Shown here piece by piece: positions 46,757 through 57,059 of a stretch of 64,000 nucleotides of DNA (the first letter of the stretch is position 1; the number at the start of each line of letters is the position of its first letter). The stretch comes from a bacterium. Lineage in GTDB: Bacteria; Patescibacteriota; Saccharimonadia; Saccharimonadales; JAUPVS01. The position numbers were made by a program, and so were the translations under genes. The notes below the pieces were generated by a model, which did not search any database, was not told where the DNA came from, and worked only from the letters and a program-made list of their open reading frames with translations. The stretch spans positions 43,275 to 107,274 of the forward strand of contig JAKOXV010000024.1 in NCBI GenBank assembly GCA_029780855.1, in the 5' to 3' direction.

Positions 46757-48271
46757 CTAGGAGTACTGCTTGGTTATCGCAAGTATTTCGGGGGCATACT
46801 TGTCTGCTTTGTTTGGTCCAAAACCATGCACCCGAATAAGTGCTGTTTCATCGGTTGGTTTATAGCTTGCGATCGCCTCCAGTACAGTATTGTGGGCCAC
46901 AATATACGCCGGCACGTTATCTTTTTTTGCTCGAGCAAACCGCCAATTTTGCAGCGCAGTGAGCAGCGCTTCATCAACTTCCATAAGTTCTGGCACGGCA
47001 ATTTCCGGCAACTCGTCTGGAGTAACCCGCGCTATTTCTGCTGATGCCGATTGAAGCCATGCATCAAGCTCATGGATTTCTGGATGCAGTTGCATAGCCA
47101 TCCTATTTACTCCCACTAAAAATAATCCCTGCAAGTCTCGAACGCGTGATAGAGCCACGTACCCCATCCCTGGCGTAAATGACCGGCTAAGGTCGATCAT
47201 GGCAGCATCCAAACTCATTCCCTGGCTCTTATGAATGGTTATCGCCCATGCCAGCCTTAGTGGTAGCTGTGAGGCTTCAGCTCTTTTTTTACCGTCTTCT
47301 TCTAGCGCCCAGGTATGCATTTCTACGGTAATTTCTTTACCATTCCGTGCAAGTTTGACGATTGGGAGATCATTCTTAAAACCAACCACGGTGCCCCTAC
47401 TACCATTCACATACCCCGCACCAAAGTTGTTAGCCACAAACATCACTTCTGCACCAATTTTTAACTCTAGTTCTTGTGGAGCAAGCAGCCCCCGCATGAG
47501 CTGCTCAACCTTTGCGGCGGCTCCACGATGTTCCATGGTAAATACTTTGCTCTGGCTCGGTATTGCGCCTAACTGCTGTGAGTTAATGGCGTCAACATCA
47601 ATATTGTGGGAGTACAAGCGGGTTACAACCTGTGCTTCACTGGGTTGTTTCCCAATCCGCTCCTGCAACACATCATGGTGATAGTCCTGTATGTCATTCG
47701 TGCGCATAGCCTGCAACACATCCAGCAGTTCACCACCAGCTTGGCGATGCTGTTCATGAATGTAGCAGATTGTAGGGTTGAGTTCTTTCCAGGCATCAGA
47801 AGTATGAGCAAAATCAACCGCCGACGCGCCTCTACTGACCGGCGGTAGTTGAAACAGATCACCCACCATAATGACTTGCATACCACCAAACGGTGCATCG
47901 CTTTTGCGCAGCAGCTTGGCGGCCTCGTTTACCATATCGAGCCGTTTGCCGTGAAGCATCGAAACTTCATCGATAATCAAAATGTCAGTGCCGTTATAAC
48001 GCTTTTGCAAACGATCGTTTTCTGCCAACCACTTACGGTCGGCGGCAGTTAGCGTTTCTTTGATACCCAGCCCCGACCACGAGTGAATAGTTGTTCCGTT
48101 GATATGCGTCGCAGCTATTCCAGTACTAGCGGTAACGGCTAAAGTTTTGTGCTGTTTTTTTGCCAATTCAATAAATTGGTTCAAGACGTACGTCTTGCCA
48201 GCCCCCGGAGCGCCAGTAAGAAATACCGAATCGCCCAAAAGCATCACCCTCAATGCCTGCCGTTGTGTCAT
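46757..48271 (-). CDS. Pif1-family helicase with C-terminal HRDC domain
   Basis: TGAPGAGKT, IDEVSM, GDLFQLPPV, AWAITIHKSQGMSL, YVALSR; HRDC WR...A....VPAYIV. Confidence 0.92.
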   Translation of the reverse strand: MTQRQALRVMLLGDSVFLTGAPGAGKTYVLNQFIELAKKQHKTLAVTASTGIAATHINGTTIHSWSGLGIKETLTAADRKWLAENDRLQKRYNGTDILIIDEVSMLHGKRLDMVNEAAKLLRKSDAPFGGMQVIMVGDLFQLPPVSRGASAVDFAHTSDAWKELNPTICYIHEQHRQAGGELLDVLQAMRTNDIQDYHHDVLQERIGKQPSEAQVVTRLYSHNIDVDAINSQQLGAIPSQSKVFTMEHRGAAAKVEQLMRGLLAPQELELKIGAEVMFVANNFGAGYVNGSRGTVVGFKNDLPIVKLARNGKEITVEMHTWALEEDGKKRAEASQLPLRLAWAITIHKSQGMSLDAAMIDLSRSFTPGMGYVALSRVRDLQGLFLVGVNRMAMQLHPEIHELDAWLQSASAEIARVTPDELPEIAVPELMEVDEALLTALQNWRFARAKKDNVPAYIVAHNTVLEAIASYKPTDETALIRVHGFGPNKADKYAPEILAITKQYS

Positions 48272-48307
48272 AGATTTCTAGTATATCAGTTTAGCTGCCT
48301 AGAGTGA

Positions 48308-48886
48308 CTATGCTTTACGTTTTGAAAGATTCAGCCTTTTTCTGCGGAAATCTTTATGTTCCAATTTTTGGCGGAGCTGATCAAGCCGAACAATGTACTC
48401 CTCAAATGGTTTGAGTAGCGTGGAGTACTTCCAGTTTGGAACCATAATGTGTAGCAGCCGCTTTTTCTCTGCAAGGTATTCGGCCAGGCAGTAAAAGTCC
48501 CCATCAGCAGAAACTATAATCGCTTTTTGGTAATTGGGCATCTCTTTCATGGCATAGAGTACAAGCTCTGCATCAATGTTTCCCTTAACAGTCACTTTGC
48601 GATCATCGTCGGCATCCTGCTTGCTTTCTTCAGGAGTCAGTTTGGCGACCGTTTCTATGGTTGGTTTAAGCACAATCAAATACCCAGTATCATGGAGTTG
48701 CTCATACATTGCTTCGTTTTCTGGAACATAGCCAATAAAAAGATAGGCTTTTTTAACGTTATACTCTTTTTCGAGATAGTTTAGAAACTTCTTCCAGTCT
48801 ATCTTCCAGCCTACTTTTTGGATGCCAAGATTCAGATTTTGACTATCTATAAAAGCGTAGGCTACTGGTTTATCTGCTTTTTTCAT
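48308..48886 (-). CDS. NYN (LabA/DUF88) domain protein
   Basis: AFIDSQNL, KGNIDAELV, VS.DGDF. Confidence 0.88.
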   Translation of the reverse strand: MKKADKPVAYAFIDSQNLNLGIQKVGWKIDWKKFLNYLEKEYNVKKAYLFIGYVPENEAMYEQLHDTGYLIVLKPTIETVAKLTPEESKQDADDDRKVTVKGNIDAELVLYAMKEMPNYQKAIIVSADGDFYCLAEYLAEKKRLLHIMVPNWKYSTLLKPFEEYIVRLDQLRQKLEHKDFRRKRLNLSKRKA

Positions 48887-48931
48887 TACTCTAATCATAC
48901 CGCACTCATAGGAGAATCGCGACCAGGGGGT

Positions 48932-49453
48932 TTATTGAGGCTTCGTCAGGGCACGTATGAATCGGGACATTTCATCGCAATCGCCTTTAGTTACGGCGCT
49001 ATTACTAAACAATTCCTGCCCAATCTTGTTGCCCTTGGCAGCCATCCGATTAAAGGGACTATGGTACGTTTGAATGTGTGGTCGAACGTTTAGGGTTTGG
49101 TTAGCCAGAACAAGATGGCCAGACTGCAGGAAAAGCTGTAGCGTTTTTGTGAGTTCGCTCGGTACAGAATCAGCAGTATGGGGCGGTATTTTTTCCGTAT
49201 AGGTTACCTGTAGCTGTTCAATGTCATCAAGCCAACTAAAGGAAGCGCTCAAAACTGCATGGACTGGTTCGTCACCATAGCCGGCCACCATACTTTGTTC
49301 GGCCACAATCCTATACGTCCGATGATCAGTCAGGAAATATGCTTCGCCCACTGATCGTTCGGATAAGCGAGCCAAATCAGCCGCCAGAGAATAGTAGTCC
49401 AGCGCATCCGCCGGCACGCAATCATCGTTACAGTATAATTCTGGACTCTTCAT
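48932..49453 (-). CDS. Hypothetical protein
   Basis: 173-aa ORF, no motif recognised. Confidence 0.5.
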   Translation of the reverse strand: MKSPELYCNDDCVPADALDYYSLAADLARLSERSVGEAYFLTDHRTYRIVAEQSMVAGYGDEPVHAVLSASFSWLDDIEQLQVTYTEKIPPHTADSVPSELTKTLQLFLQSGHLVLANQTLNVRPHIQTYHSPFNRMAAKGNKIGQELFSNSAVTKGDCDEMSRFIRALTKPQ

Positions 49454-49533
49454 GTTTACTCAACTCACTAAGTTTTACTACAGTACTCCCGCCAGCCAGT
49501 TTTCACAAGCGCTACGCGTTCTCTGCGGCAATA

Positions 49534-50526
49534 CTATTTGCCCGAAACCTTTACAATTTCACGAGCTAGTGTGTCCGAATTATGCCGGATTAAGCTTCTG
49601 CTGTGCCCTATCGCATCGTTCTTGTTTATTTTAATTGGTTCGGTATCAATGAGCGGTAAGCCGATAGCTTTATAGTGCCTATCATCCATTACTTCTAGAT
49701 CAAATTCAACCGGAAATTCACCATCATGGGTATATTTTTTCAGCATGGTCGGTGTCGGTTCATCCGTATTAAAGACGACATAGTCCAGCGCCTTGCCACC
49801 AATGAATCGCTCAATCTCATCGGCATAATCGTGTACTTTAAAGCCGTCAGTTTGTCTTGGCTTAGTAACGAGATTACACACATACAGTAGTTTAGCCTTT
49901 GAGTTTAAAATAGCCTCTCCTACCCCGTCCACCACCAGAGCAGGAGCTAAGCTACCATAGAGACTACCGGGTGCAATCACAATTACATCTGCTTCTTTGA
50001 TAGCTAGTTCTGCCTCCGGCAGTATCTTTGCATGTGGCTCCAGGTGCAATGCCGGTCGTTTTGTCCCCATAAAATCCATGGTGGCGATTTTGTGCTCACC
50101 TTTAGTTCTTCTGCCTTCTTTATCAATCATCACGAGATGAGATTTATCGAGTGTAATCGGCAGTACCCTGCCCTGAATCCTAAGCAATTCGCCAGCGAGC
50201 TCCACCGCTTCATAAAAGCTATCTGTCATCTTTTCTACGGCACTCAAGAACAAGTTGCCAAAACTATGACCTTTCAGAGATCCCTCTGCAAACCGATAAC
50301 TGAATACATCCCGGAGCTTAGAAGATTCACCTAAAGCCACAAGGCATTGCCGAACATCTCCGGGAGGAAGCACGCCGAGCTCATCTCTCAGAATACCCGT
50401 TGATCCGCCATCATCGGCAACATTAACTAACGCCGTGATATGCTCGGCATAATTTTTCAACCCACTAAGTAGTGTGAAGCTTCCGGTACCTCCGCCAATT
50501 ACTACAATGTTCTTTGTACTTCGCAT
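49534..50526 (-). CDS. yvcK: YvcK/GlmR-family UDP-GlcNAc-binding protein
   Basis: IGGGTG, VADDGGSTG.LR, PPGDVR, HSFGNL, PGSLY.S, IRH. Confidence 0.92.
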   Translation of the reverse strand: MRSTKNIVVIGGGTGSFTLLSGLKNYAEHITALVNVADDGGSTGILRDELGVLPPGDVRQCLVALGESSKLRDVFSYRFAEGSLKGHSFGNLFLSAVEKMTDSFYEAVELAGELLRIQGRVLPITLDKSHLVMIDKEGRRTKGEHKIATMDFMGTKRPALHLEPHAKILPEAELAIKEADVIVIAPGSLYGSLAPALVVDGVGEAILNSKAKLLYVCNLVTKPRQTDGFKVHDYADEIERFIGGKALDYVVFNTDEPTPTMLKKYTHDGEFPVEFDLEVMDDRHYKAIGLPLIDTEPIKINKNDAIGHSRSLIRHNSDTLAREIVKVSGK

Positions 50527-50601
50527 TAGTAGTCTCCATAGTAATGCACTGTGCGCTTGCTATACAAAGACTAATTTACAACGTCGAAATCTATTTGTAT
50601 G

Positions 50602-51306
50602 TTAGATTTTTTCGTGCAGTCCTTTGGCAACTGATATGAATTGTTCCCTGACTTCTTTGGTCATAGGATTCCCTCTTTGAATCGTTAGAAACAGATCATA
50701 CGTGTGATGCTTCTCTAGCTGTACCAAAGCGAGTAGTTTTTTGAACGATGGCGTGCTCAGCTTTTGGTCGTGTAGTCCAAAATCTTTAAGAGCATGCGCA
50801 ATAAAAAAAGTTAGTCCATGAACAACGGCCATTTCTTTATCATGCTCTTGCGCGCTCATAAAGACGATTTCTATACCAAGGTTGCTCACAAAATCAGTAA
50901 GTTCTTTGATTGATGTTGAGTCAGAATCTTCTGGACACACCACCAAGGTATGTCCAGACAATGAAGCCTCGGCGGATTCAGGTCCAAACAATGGGTGCGT
51001 AGCTAAGAGAGGCTGCTTGGGCAGTATATTTTTAATCAACTGCACCGGCTCCATTTTTACAGAACAAACATCTACCACCACCGAAGTCGTGCTGAGTTCC
51101 GGCTTAAGTTTCCGAAGCATCTCCGGGTAAACGCTCAGCGGAATAGAAAGCACAACATAATCACACTTGGCCACCTCCTGTAATGAAGCGCTCCATTTTG
51201 CGTCCACCTCCCTCCGAGCATGCACCTTCACGCTACAGTAAGGATCAAGTTGGCGAGCCAGAAATGAACCAAAACTACCAAAGCCAATAATACCAACTGT
51301 TTTCAC
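50602..51306 (-). CDS. Prephenate/arogenate dehydrogenase family (TyrA-like)
   Basis: GIIGFGSFG, DVCSVK, HPLFGP, EHDKEMA. Confidence 0.85.
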   Translation of the reverse strand: MKTVGIIGFGSFGSFLARQLDPYCSVKVHARREVDAKWSASLQEVAKCDYVVLSIPLSVYPEMLRKLKPELSTTSVVVDVCSVKMEPVQLIKNILPKQPLLATHPLFGPESAEASLSGHTLVVCPEDSDSTSIKELTDFVSNLGIEIVFMSAQEHDKEMAVVHGLTFFIAHALKDFGLHDQKLSTPSFKKLLALVQLEKHHTYDLFLTIQRGNPMTKEVREQFISVAKGLHEKI

Positions 51307-52037
51307 GTTCCGATTTCTTCCGGTAGGTTTTTGCAAGAAAGGACATTTGCGGAGCGAGGAACTACATGTATCGCTTTAAATGCCGCAAGTATTAGTTGTA
51401 GATCATGTATGGTAATCTCACTGAGCCGCGATTCATACACTTGCGTGTCGAGGGCAATTTCACCGTACCGGTACAAACATTCCAAATCTTGCTGTGCTAC
51501 CGGTTGGGTAACAAAAACCTCCCGGCTATAACCCATCACTTCATCCTCCATATCACCGTCTTCGTCGAGAATTGAAAAGCTGAAATGCTTGGCATAGCGG
51601 TGTGGGTTACGCCAGTTTTCTGGAATCCAGAAAAAGTACTGATGCTCTGTGGCTAAATACCCTGGCGGCTCCCCACCATCACTAACCGGGTTCAATAATC
51701 CTCCTACAGGATGTTCAAATCCAGTATTCATGTGGTTTTGCGTCGCAAAGAACGACTCTACTGCACCTGGTGACCATTCGGAATCAATAGGGACGACATC
51801 CGCAAGGAACATATGGTAAATAGTTGCATCTGATTCAGCATCCCATTCAGCCCTGAACTGAATAGTTTGTTTATTGGGCTCTTCATCAACATGCTGTTCA
51901 AAACCGACCCGCACCCATGTATCAGTTGTGACAAATCGATTAGCGACAGGAACGAATATCCGTCGGGTAAAATCCCGAACTTGCCTATCGGTAACCGGAG
52001 TGCTCAGAACCTCTCTGTTCCACTCAGTCTCTTCCAT
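51303..52037 (-). CDS. Acidic hypothetical protein
   Basis: 244-aa ORF coupled to the TyrA-like gene. Confidence 0.55.
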   Translation of the reverse strand: MEETEWNREVLSTPVTDRQVRDFTRRIFVPVANRFVTTDTWVRVGFEQHVDEEPNKQTIQFRAEWDAESDATIYHMFLADVVPIDSEWSPGAVESFFATQNHMNTGFEHPVGGLLNPVSDGGEPPGYLATEHQYFFWIPENWRNPHRYAKHFSFSILDEDGDMEDEVMGYSREVFVTQPVAQQDLECLYRYGEIALDTQVYESRLSEITIHDLQLILAAFKAIHVVPRSANVLSCKNLPEEIGT

Positions 52038-52107
52038 ACTTTCAATAATAGAAGGTTACATACATTTAAACAAACGAGCACGCAATAATCACAACGAAGC
52101 TATTGTT

Positions 52108-52623
52108 TCAGGACATAAGCGCAGGTACTTCAGCGGGTTGAGCCGGTGTTGTTTCAGGATTAGTTTCTGAAACAGTATGTAGAATAGTTGCATTTGGCTT
52201 TTCTCTTACTAGTGGCGGATCACCAAACGCCAGTTCAACTCCCCACTTACCAATATTAACGTAGTAGTCTTCCTTTATTCCCAGTTGCTCATTCAAATCG
52301 TTCAGAAGCTTTGCTGGTGTCTTTAAGGCAAACGCGTAGTCAGTTGACTCAGTACCAGCAATAAATACCGGCGAAACAACCTGCCGATATAGTCGCATAT
52401 CATCATTGGTAGCAGGTATTACCGAACGCAAAGCTAGTTCGCCAGCCACCACTGGTCCACGACGCCACACAGAACCCAATTCTTCAATAGTTCCTTCATG
52501 TACCATGCCAATCGGCCTGAGTCCGTGACCTGGAATGAACAAGGTTTTGCTACCTCGTTCAGTGGCTTCTGCAAGCCCCTCAGAAAGTGAGTTAATTCCT
52601 TTTGCCATATAGGTTGGACGCAT
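52108..52623 (-). CDS. Hypothetical protein
   Basis: 171-aa ORF with AAAGAGGGAG RBS. Confidence 0.55.
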   Translation of the reverse strand: MRPTYMAKGINSLSEGLAEATERGSKTLFIPGHGLRPIGMVHEGTIEELGSVWRRGPVVAGELALRSVIPATNDDMRLYRQVVSPVFIAGTESTDYAFALKTPAKLLNDLNEQLGIKEDYYVNIGKWGVELAFGDPPLVREKPNATILHTVSETNPETTPAQPAEVPALMS

Positions 52624-52664
52624 GGTTTTCTCCCTCTTTTGCCGATTTCGGCATAGTTTATGTA

Positions 52665-52922
52665 CTACTCACTTTCGGCTTCTGCTTCCATTTTGTCAAG
52701 CCGCGTGTAGTAATCGGGAATCTCCTTCAGATGTGCCCACGCAATGCGTCCGGTAAGGTGCGGATCGTCCTTCGTTACATTCGTTTCTTCTCCCCATTCG
52801 CTTCCATGTTCTAACTCAACCTCAAGACCCCTACGAAATTCTTCAATTCGTACCTCATCCCAATTAATACCCAGTTCATCACCGATTTTCCTTGCTTCAT
52901 CCGGTGTAAATTGCTTGCCCAT
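52665..52922 (-). CDS. DUF5661-like protein
   Basis: G.EVELEHG, T.RIA.AHL.E.PDYY.RL..ME. Confidence 0.8.
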   Translation of the reverse strand: MGKQFTPDEARKIGDELGINWDEVRIEEFRRGLEVELEHGSEWGEETNVTKDDPHLTGRIAWAHLKEIPDYYTRLDKMEAEAESE

Positions 52923-52987
52923 ACTTCCCTCCTTTACCAGTGATTTCAGTATACCGCTCACTGCAACAAAAAGGCCATTCTATCAAA

Positions 52988-53260
52988 CTAGAAACCGCAG
53001 TCGCCAGAAGTCAGTTCTAGCTGGTTGCCGGTATTTTGGCGGAGTATCCGTTTGCCTTGATCAGCCATTAGCATTTCTTGGTCAGAATCGCGTGGATCGA
53101 TGCGTTGCTCACGAATCTCAGTTGCTGCACGGAGACTATGCCCAAACTCAATAACCTCACCTTCGTGATCAATCTTTTTTTCAAAAGGCAAATCAATCAG
53201 CTCAAGCTGCATGTACTGTGCTACTTGAAAATCATCGGCTGGTACTTCGAAAACTTCCAT
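52988..53260 (-). CDS. Hypothetical protein
   Basis: Short acidic ORF. Confidence 0.4.
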   Translation of the reverse strand: MEVFEVPADDFQVAQYMQLELIDLPFEKKIDHEGEVIEFGHSLRAATEIREQRIDPRDSDQEMLMADQGKRILRQNTGNQLELTSGDCGF

Positions 53261-53291
53261 ATCAAACAATAACCCGTACTCTATGTATATA

Positions 53292-53981
53292 TTATTGAAT
53301 AACTGGTTCGTTTGGCAAACCTGTTTCTTCGAGAACTGCAAGCTCTGCTCGTGCGTTCCGTTCCGCCGGGTCGTTCATCCACATAAAGTCAGGATGGTAA
53401 AACGCACCAGTGTAGCTCCGCAGGAACTGCATTCTTGCTCGCACGTAACTTTCGTGTGTTTGGGCTCCACTCCCCACCTGCTCCTTATATATCGCTTCCG
53501 TATACCAACCGTAGGTGTCTGGATCTGCAGCTTGTATAGACTTGGTGATGTCACACAGTAGAGATTCACGTTCCAGACGAGGCCGCTGGTTTTCGGCTGC
53601 CTCAATCAAAACTGCGAGCGGTTCGAGCCGCACCTTACCGATAAGATTCATCTTTTTAATCTGCTCCTTGGCGTATGCGGCGCTCAAAAAGCCGTTCTGG
53701 GTGCTACCGGGAATACATGTGATCTTGTGCCAGAGCAGTGCAAGCCACATTTCGGTGTACTGTTCGCAGCCTTCGTAGGGCTTTAGTTGTGCTAGACAAT
53801 CTGCAACGTAGTCCAGATTATGAAACACACGCTCACTTCCGTTAAGCGCAGCAATTGTAGTGTCTAGCACGTCGGTCGCTCTGGACAAATCTACACTTGC
53901 TAGCTTTGGTGTTACTATTTCATCCCACCCAGACCGCACAAATGCTTCAGCATCCGGGAGCTGCTCTATTCCTTTTTCCAT
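53292..53981 (-). CDS. Degenerate HD-superfamily phosphohydrolase-like protein
   Basis: R.FHNL, LALLWHK (HD changed to HK), N...SA..A, R..FL, A..N...EL pattern. Confidence 0.55.
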   Translation of the reverse strand: MEKGIEQLPDAEAFVRSGWDEIVTPKLASVDLSRATDVLDTTIAALNGSERVFHNLDYVADCLAQLKPYEGCEQYTEMWLALLWHKITCIPGSTQNGFLSAAYAKEQIKKMNLIGKVRLEPLAVLIEAAENQRPRLERESLLCDITKSIQAADPDTYGWYTEAIYKEQVGSGAQTHESYVRARMQFLRSYTGAFYHPDFMWMNDPAERNARAELAVLEETGLPNEPVIQ

Positions 53982-54038
53982 ATAGTGCCCAATTATCAAC
54001 ACTATGCAGCGCTTTTGCAAGCATAAGCTTAGTTGCGT

Positions 54039-54809
54039 CTACTCTGTTTTTTCGCCGAGCGCCGCGTAAACTTGCTCAAGTATTTCTGACCATAGTGTTT
54101 CATGGGCCATAATGTTTGGATTGTCTGCTAATTCTTTGGGGTAGCTATATATCGGCTCAGCTCCATCGAATGCACTACCATATGCGATCCGAGCTTGCGC
54201 AAGTTTCCCGTACTCATCCCACATATCAGGTATTAGTATCGAAGCCATGATCGCCTCACCCGGATACCCCAGTAGCATCCCAAACGGTACGTCATTCGAC
54301 GCGGCTATGAGATCTACGGTATCTAGGGGTAATTTGGTGTCTCGTCGTTTTAGCATGGCCACTTGACGTTGCCAGACCAGCCACCAAAGGGCAAAATCTT
54401 CATACCGTTGCATTTTGCGCGGGCCATACTGCGTCCAGCCCGGTATGTAGCCGTACCGGTTTGGAATGTCTTTCAGAGCATCCTGATTTACTAATGAATA
54501 CTTTCCTTCTTCGTTCTTGTCTCCAAGTACTTCAGCAGTTTCGTCAAGGTACAGGATGCCATACTCAGCAAAAAACGCTTCGAGCTCTTTACGTAGCCCA
54601 GCCGACGCTTCGTTGCCAAGATCATAGTAGGTATCGAACGCACGAACTCCTGATATTGTCAGCACCTCGCTTGGACAGCGAAAGTTCTTTTTGTACAGCT
54701 TAGGAAAGCTTTTCCTCAGCGCCTGCAGTGTCGGAATTGCTCGACTTGCGTAGTCCTGGGAGGATTGAGGCGGTAGCTGGTAGTTAAAAGTTCCGTAGAC
54801 TGTTTTCAT
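54039..54809 (-). CDS. Hypothetical protein
   Basis: 256-aa ORF with FG.LLGYP motif. Confidence 0.6.
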   Translation of the reverse strand: MKTVYGTFNYQLPPQSSQDYASRAIPTLQALRKSFPKLYKKNFRCPSEVLTISGVRAFDTYYDLGNEASAGLRKELEAFFAEYGILYLDETAEVLGDKNEEGKYSLVNQDALKDIPNRYGYIPGWTQYGPRKMQRYEDFALWWLVWQRQVAMLKRRDTKLPLDTVDLIAASNDVPFGMLLGYPGEAIMASILIPDMWDEYGKLAQARIAYGSAFDGAEPIYSYPKELADNPNIMAHETLWSEILEQVYAALGEKTE

Positions 54810-54829
54810 CCTGTGAATATTGTACCGTA

Positions 54830-55420
54830 CTATGCGGTTCGCACGATGTTATAGCGTTTACGTAATCCTGCTAATCTTTTGTGAAAGGCACCGGGCAGAT
54901 CGAACTCAAACTTTTCTTCTTGAAGTTGGGCGCTGTACACCAGTAGCCTTGCGGCTATAGTGAGCGTTTCCGGAATGTTATGTATTGCCTTCTCGCGAGA
55001 ACTCGCGTGGTCAGCATTATGGCGATTTCGCCCAATAACGCCCATAGCACTCACAACGGCAGCCAGCGACTGATCTTTTATTCCGGTACGGACACTCGTC
55101 GCAAACGTTTCATCTACCGTGCCGTTAGTCCTGCGAATAGTATCTAGATCTAAAATTCCCCACCGCACAAACCGCAGGGCATACTGCAACGAATCTGGAG
55201 CAATTTCATTCTCGGCAAGATCGGGCTGCCAAAATGCTTTCCGTTCTACCGAATCAACGAGCTGCAACAATACATGACCAACATTCCGTTCCACGGATTG
55301 AGGATTATGTCTAGCGGCCGGATCGCCTTCCCAACCTCCATCCAATACATCATACTGGTACAACTCTTGCGCGAGTGGCTCAAAATCAATACTTTCATCC
55401 ATAGTCATTCCTCCCGCCAC
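54830..55420 (-). CDS. Hypothetical all-helical protein
   Basis: 196-aa ORF. Confidence 0.55.
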   Translation of the reverse strand: MAGGMTMDESIDFEPLAQELYQYDVLDGGWEGDPAARHNPQSVERNVGHVLLQLVDSVERKAFWQPDLAENEIAPDSLQYALRFVRWGILDLDTIRRTNGTVDETFATSVRTGIKDQSLAAVVSAMGVIGRNRHNADHASSREKAIHNIPETLTIAARLLVYSAQLQEEKFEFDLPGAFHKRLAGLRKRYNIVRTA

Positions 55421-55490
55421 CCATTACTCTTATTTGATTGTAGCAGGTTTAAAGATTTACTTACTGTTCAATAATTTACGTAAAAATGTA

Positions 55491-56078
55491 CTAGATTCCG
55501 ATAAAATGCTGCACAACAATAATTTCATGTCCTTCATTTAAAAAATTACCACTTTCACACACAGCAAAACCCTCATTCGTGTATGTGTCATCTAGTATAT
55601 TATCTCTATGGGTTGTACTTTTCATCCAACCATCAATTACTGACTTTGAGTCTTTAAAACCGTAAGCTAAGTTTTCGCCAGCTTTTTTATACTTAATCCC
55701 CGCTTTCTGAATAAACGTCCACGGCAGCATACCGTCAGGTGTATTGTGTGACCAATAGTTTCTGCTGACCATATCTCTACATTTTTCCAATGCCGAGTTA
55801 TTGAGTCGTACATCTAGTACTAAATCTTGTAAACCATCATCTTCCCTGGCCTTATTCGCATACTGCCAGAGTTCATATATATCAATATTTCCAAATTCAG
55901 CTTTGCTTGACGCTAGCTTTATCGTACTTTGACCTGAAGGACGATCGGTAACCACGGTCGAACCCGTTGCCTTAATAAACAACCAAATGGCAAGCCATCC
56001 CAAGACTACTAACAACGTGTAAGCTGAAACGATGACAAGCAAAACTTTGCCTATTTGTTTCGCTCTGTGTCTTTTCAT
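55491..56078 (-). CDS. CAP (SCP) domain protein
   Basis: N..R, DM..RNYWSH, AGENLA, WM.S.THRDNIL, VVQHF. Confidence 0.92.
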   Translation of the reverse strand: MKRHRAKQIGKVLLVIVSAYTLLVVLGWLAIWLFIKATGSTVVTDRPSGQSTIKLASSKAEFGNIDIYELWQYANKAREDDGLQDLVLDVRLNNSALEKCRDMVSRNYWSHNTPDGMLPWTFIQKAGIKYKKAGENLAYGFKDSKSVIDGWMKSTTHRDNILDDTYTNEGFAVCESGNFLNEGHEIIVVQHFIGI

Positions 56079-56219
56079 CTACACCAATTCTAGCACTAAG
56101 CTAGTGACTAAACCCACATGAATGATGGAGTGTACGAAAGCGTATGTCTATGACGCTAGGAGCATCCTGCCGCTTAGCAATGAACGCCCAATAACTGTAA
56201 GCCGGCTGCCATTTCTTTG

Positions 56220-56249
56220 CATACTTTCTTGTTGACACAAGAAAGTATG
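56220..56249. repeat. Perfect 13-bp inverted repeat in intergenic DNA
   Basis: CATACTTTCTTGT-TGAC-ACAAGAAAGTATG. Confidence 0.75.
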
Positions 56250-56297
56250 GCGGAAGCGAGCGTAGCGCGCGGAGAATTTAAAAGTTGTGCTTCTGTT

Positions 56298-57047
56298 TTA
56301 GTTTTTCGTTGTTGTTTTAGTCCTCTCAAGTTTTGTAAGAATCCATTCGATTACAGGTTCTTGATTTGTACTGTAAACGGAGATTAATTTTTCTAAAATC
56401 AAGTTCGTGTCCTCGCAGATCCTATCCCAGGCTTTGGTCTGCGTGGTGGATAGATGAATCTTGAGCCCTGAGTAAGCAGCGTCATTCGTAGCGTAGTTAT
56501 GCGCCATGCTATTCCTGAATACTCTAAGACTATTAAGCTTTTTCCTATCATTTGAATCAATAAGACCGTACTTCTTAAGTAGGTTTATTTTCTCAAGAAC
56601 TTCCATTCTACGGATTAGATCCAAGATTTTTTTGATATCTACTCCAATACTATACGTCCCACAATCTACAAGTAACAGATGGTTAGCAATGAATTCGAGT
56701 TGGAGGAAGGAATCAAGAAAAGAACCCCGTAAGTGCGTCGGTGTTATCCCTTTTTGTAAAGTCCTTACTTCACCAAAATTAGCGGCAGCATTACCTTCAC
56801 CGTCGTCCCAAAAAAGCAACTTTTTTGGACTAACAATTAAGAATGGCTGGTCGATATCCGTCTTTTTGCCGAAAGTTCCTGCACCTATCCAATAATGTAA
56901 TATTTTCTGTATCCTTTCGTCGTCAGTAAACTTTGACCACTCTGCCCATAATTTTTTTTCAATATTTGCTCGTTCTTCCGCATTAAGCTTATCAATATGC
57001 TTACCATCGCCCTCGCTGGGAACTAATGGCCTATCATCATTGCTCAT
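56298..57047 (-). CDS. AT-rich protein with HEPN-type RxxxxH motif
   Basis: LEFIANHLL...KINLL...LRVFRNSMAH. Confidence 0.55.
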   Translation of the reverse strand: MSNDDRPLVPSEGDGKHIDKLNAEERANIEKKLWAEWSKFTDDERIQKILHYWIGAGTFGKKTDIDQPFLIVSPKKLLFWDDGEGNAAANFGEVRTLQKGITPTHLRGSFLDSFLQLEFIANHLLLVDCGTYSIGVDIKKILDLIRRMEVLEKINLLKKYGLIDSNDRKKLNSLRVFRNSMAHNYATNDAAYSGLKIHLSTTQTKAWDRICEDTNLILEKLISVYSTNQEPVIEWILTKLERTKTTTKN

Positions 57048-57059
57048 AAGAATTTTGCG

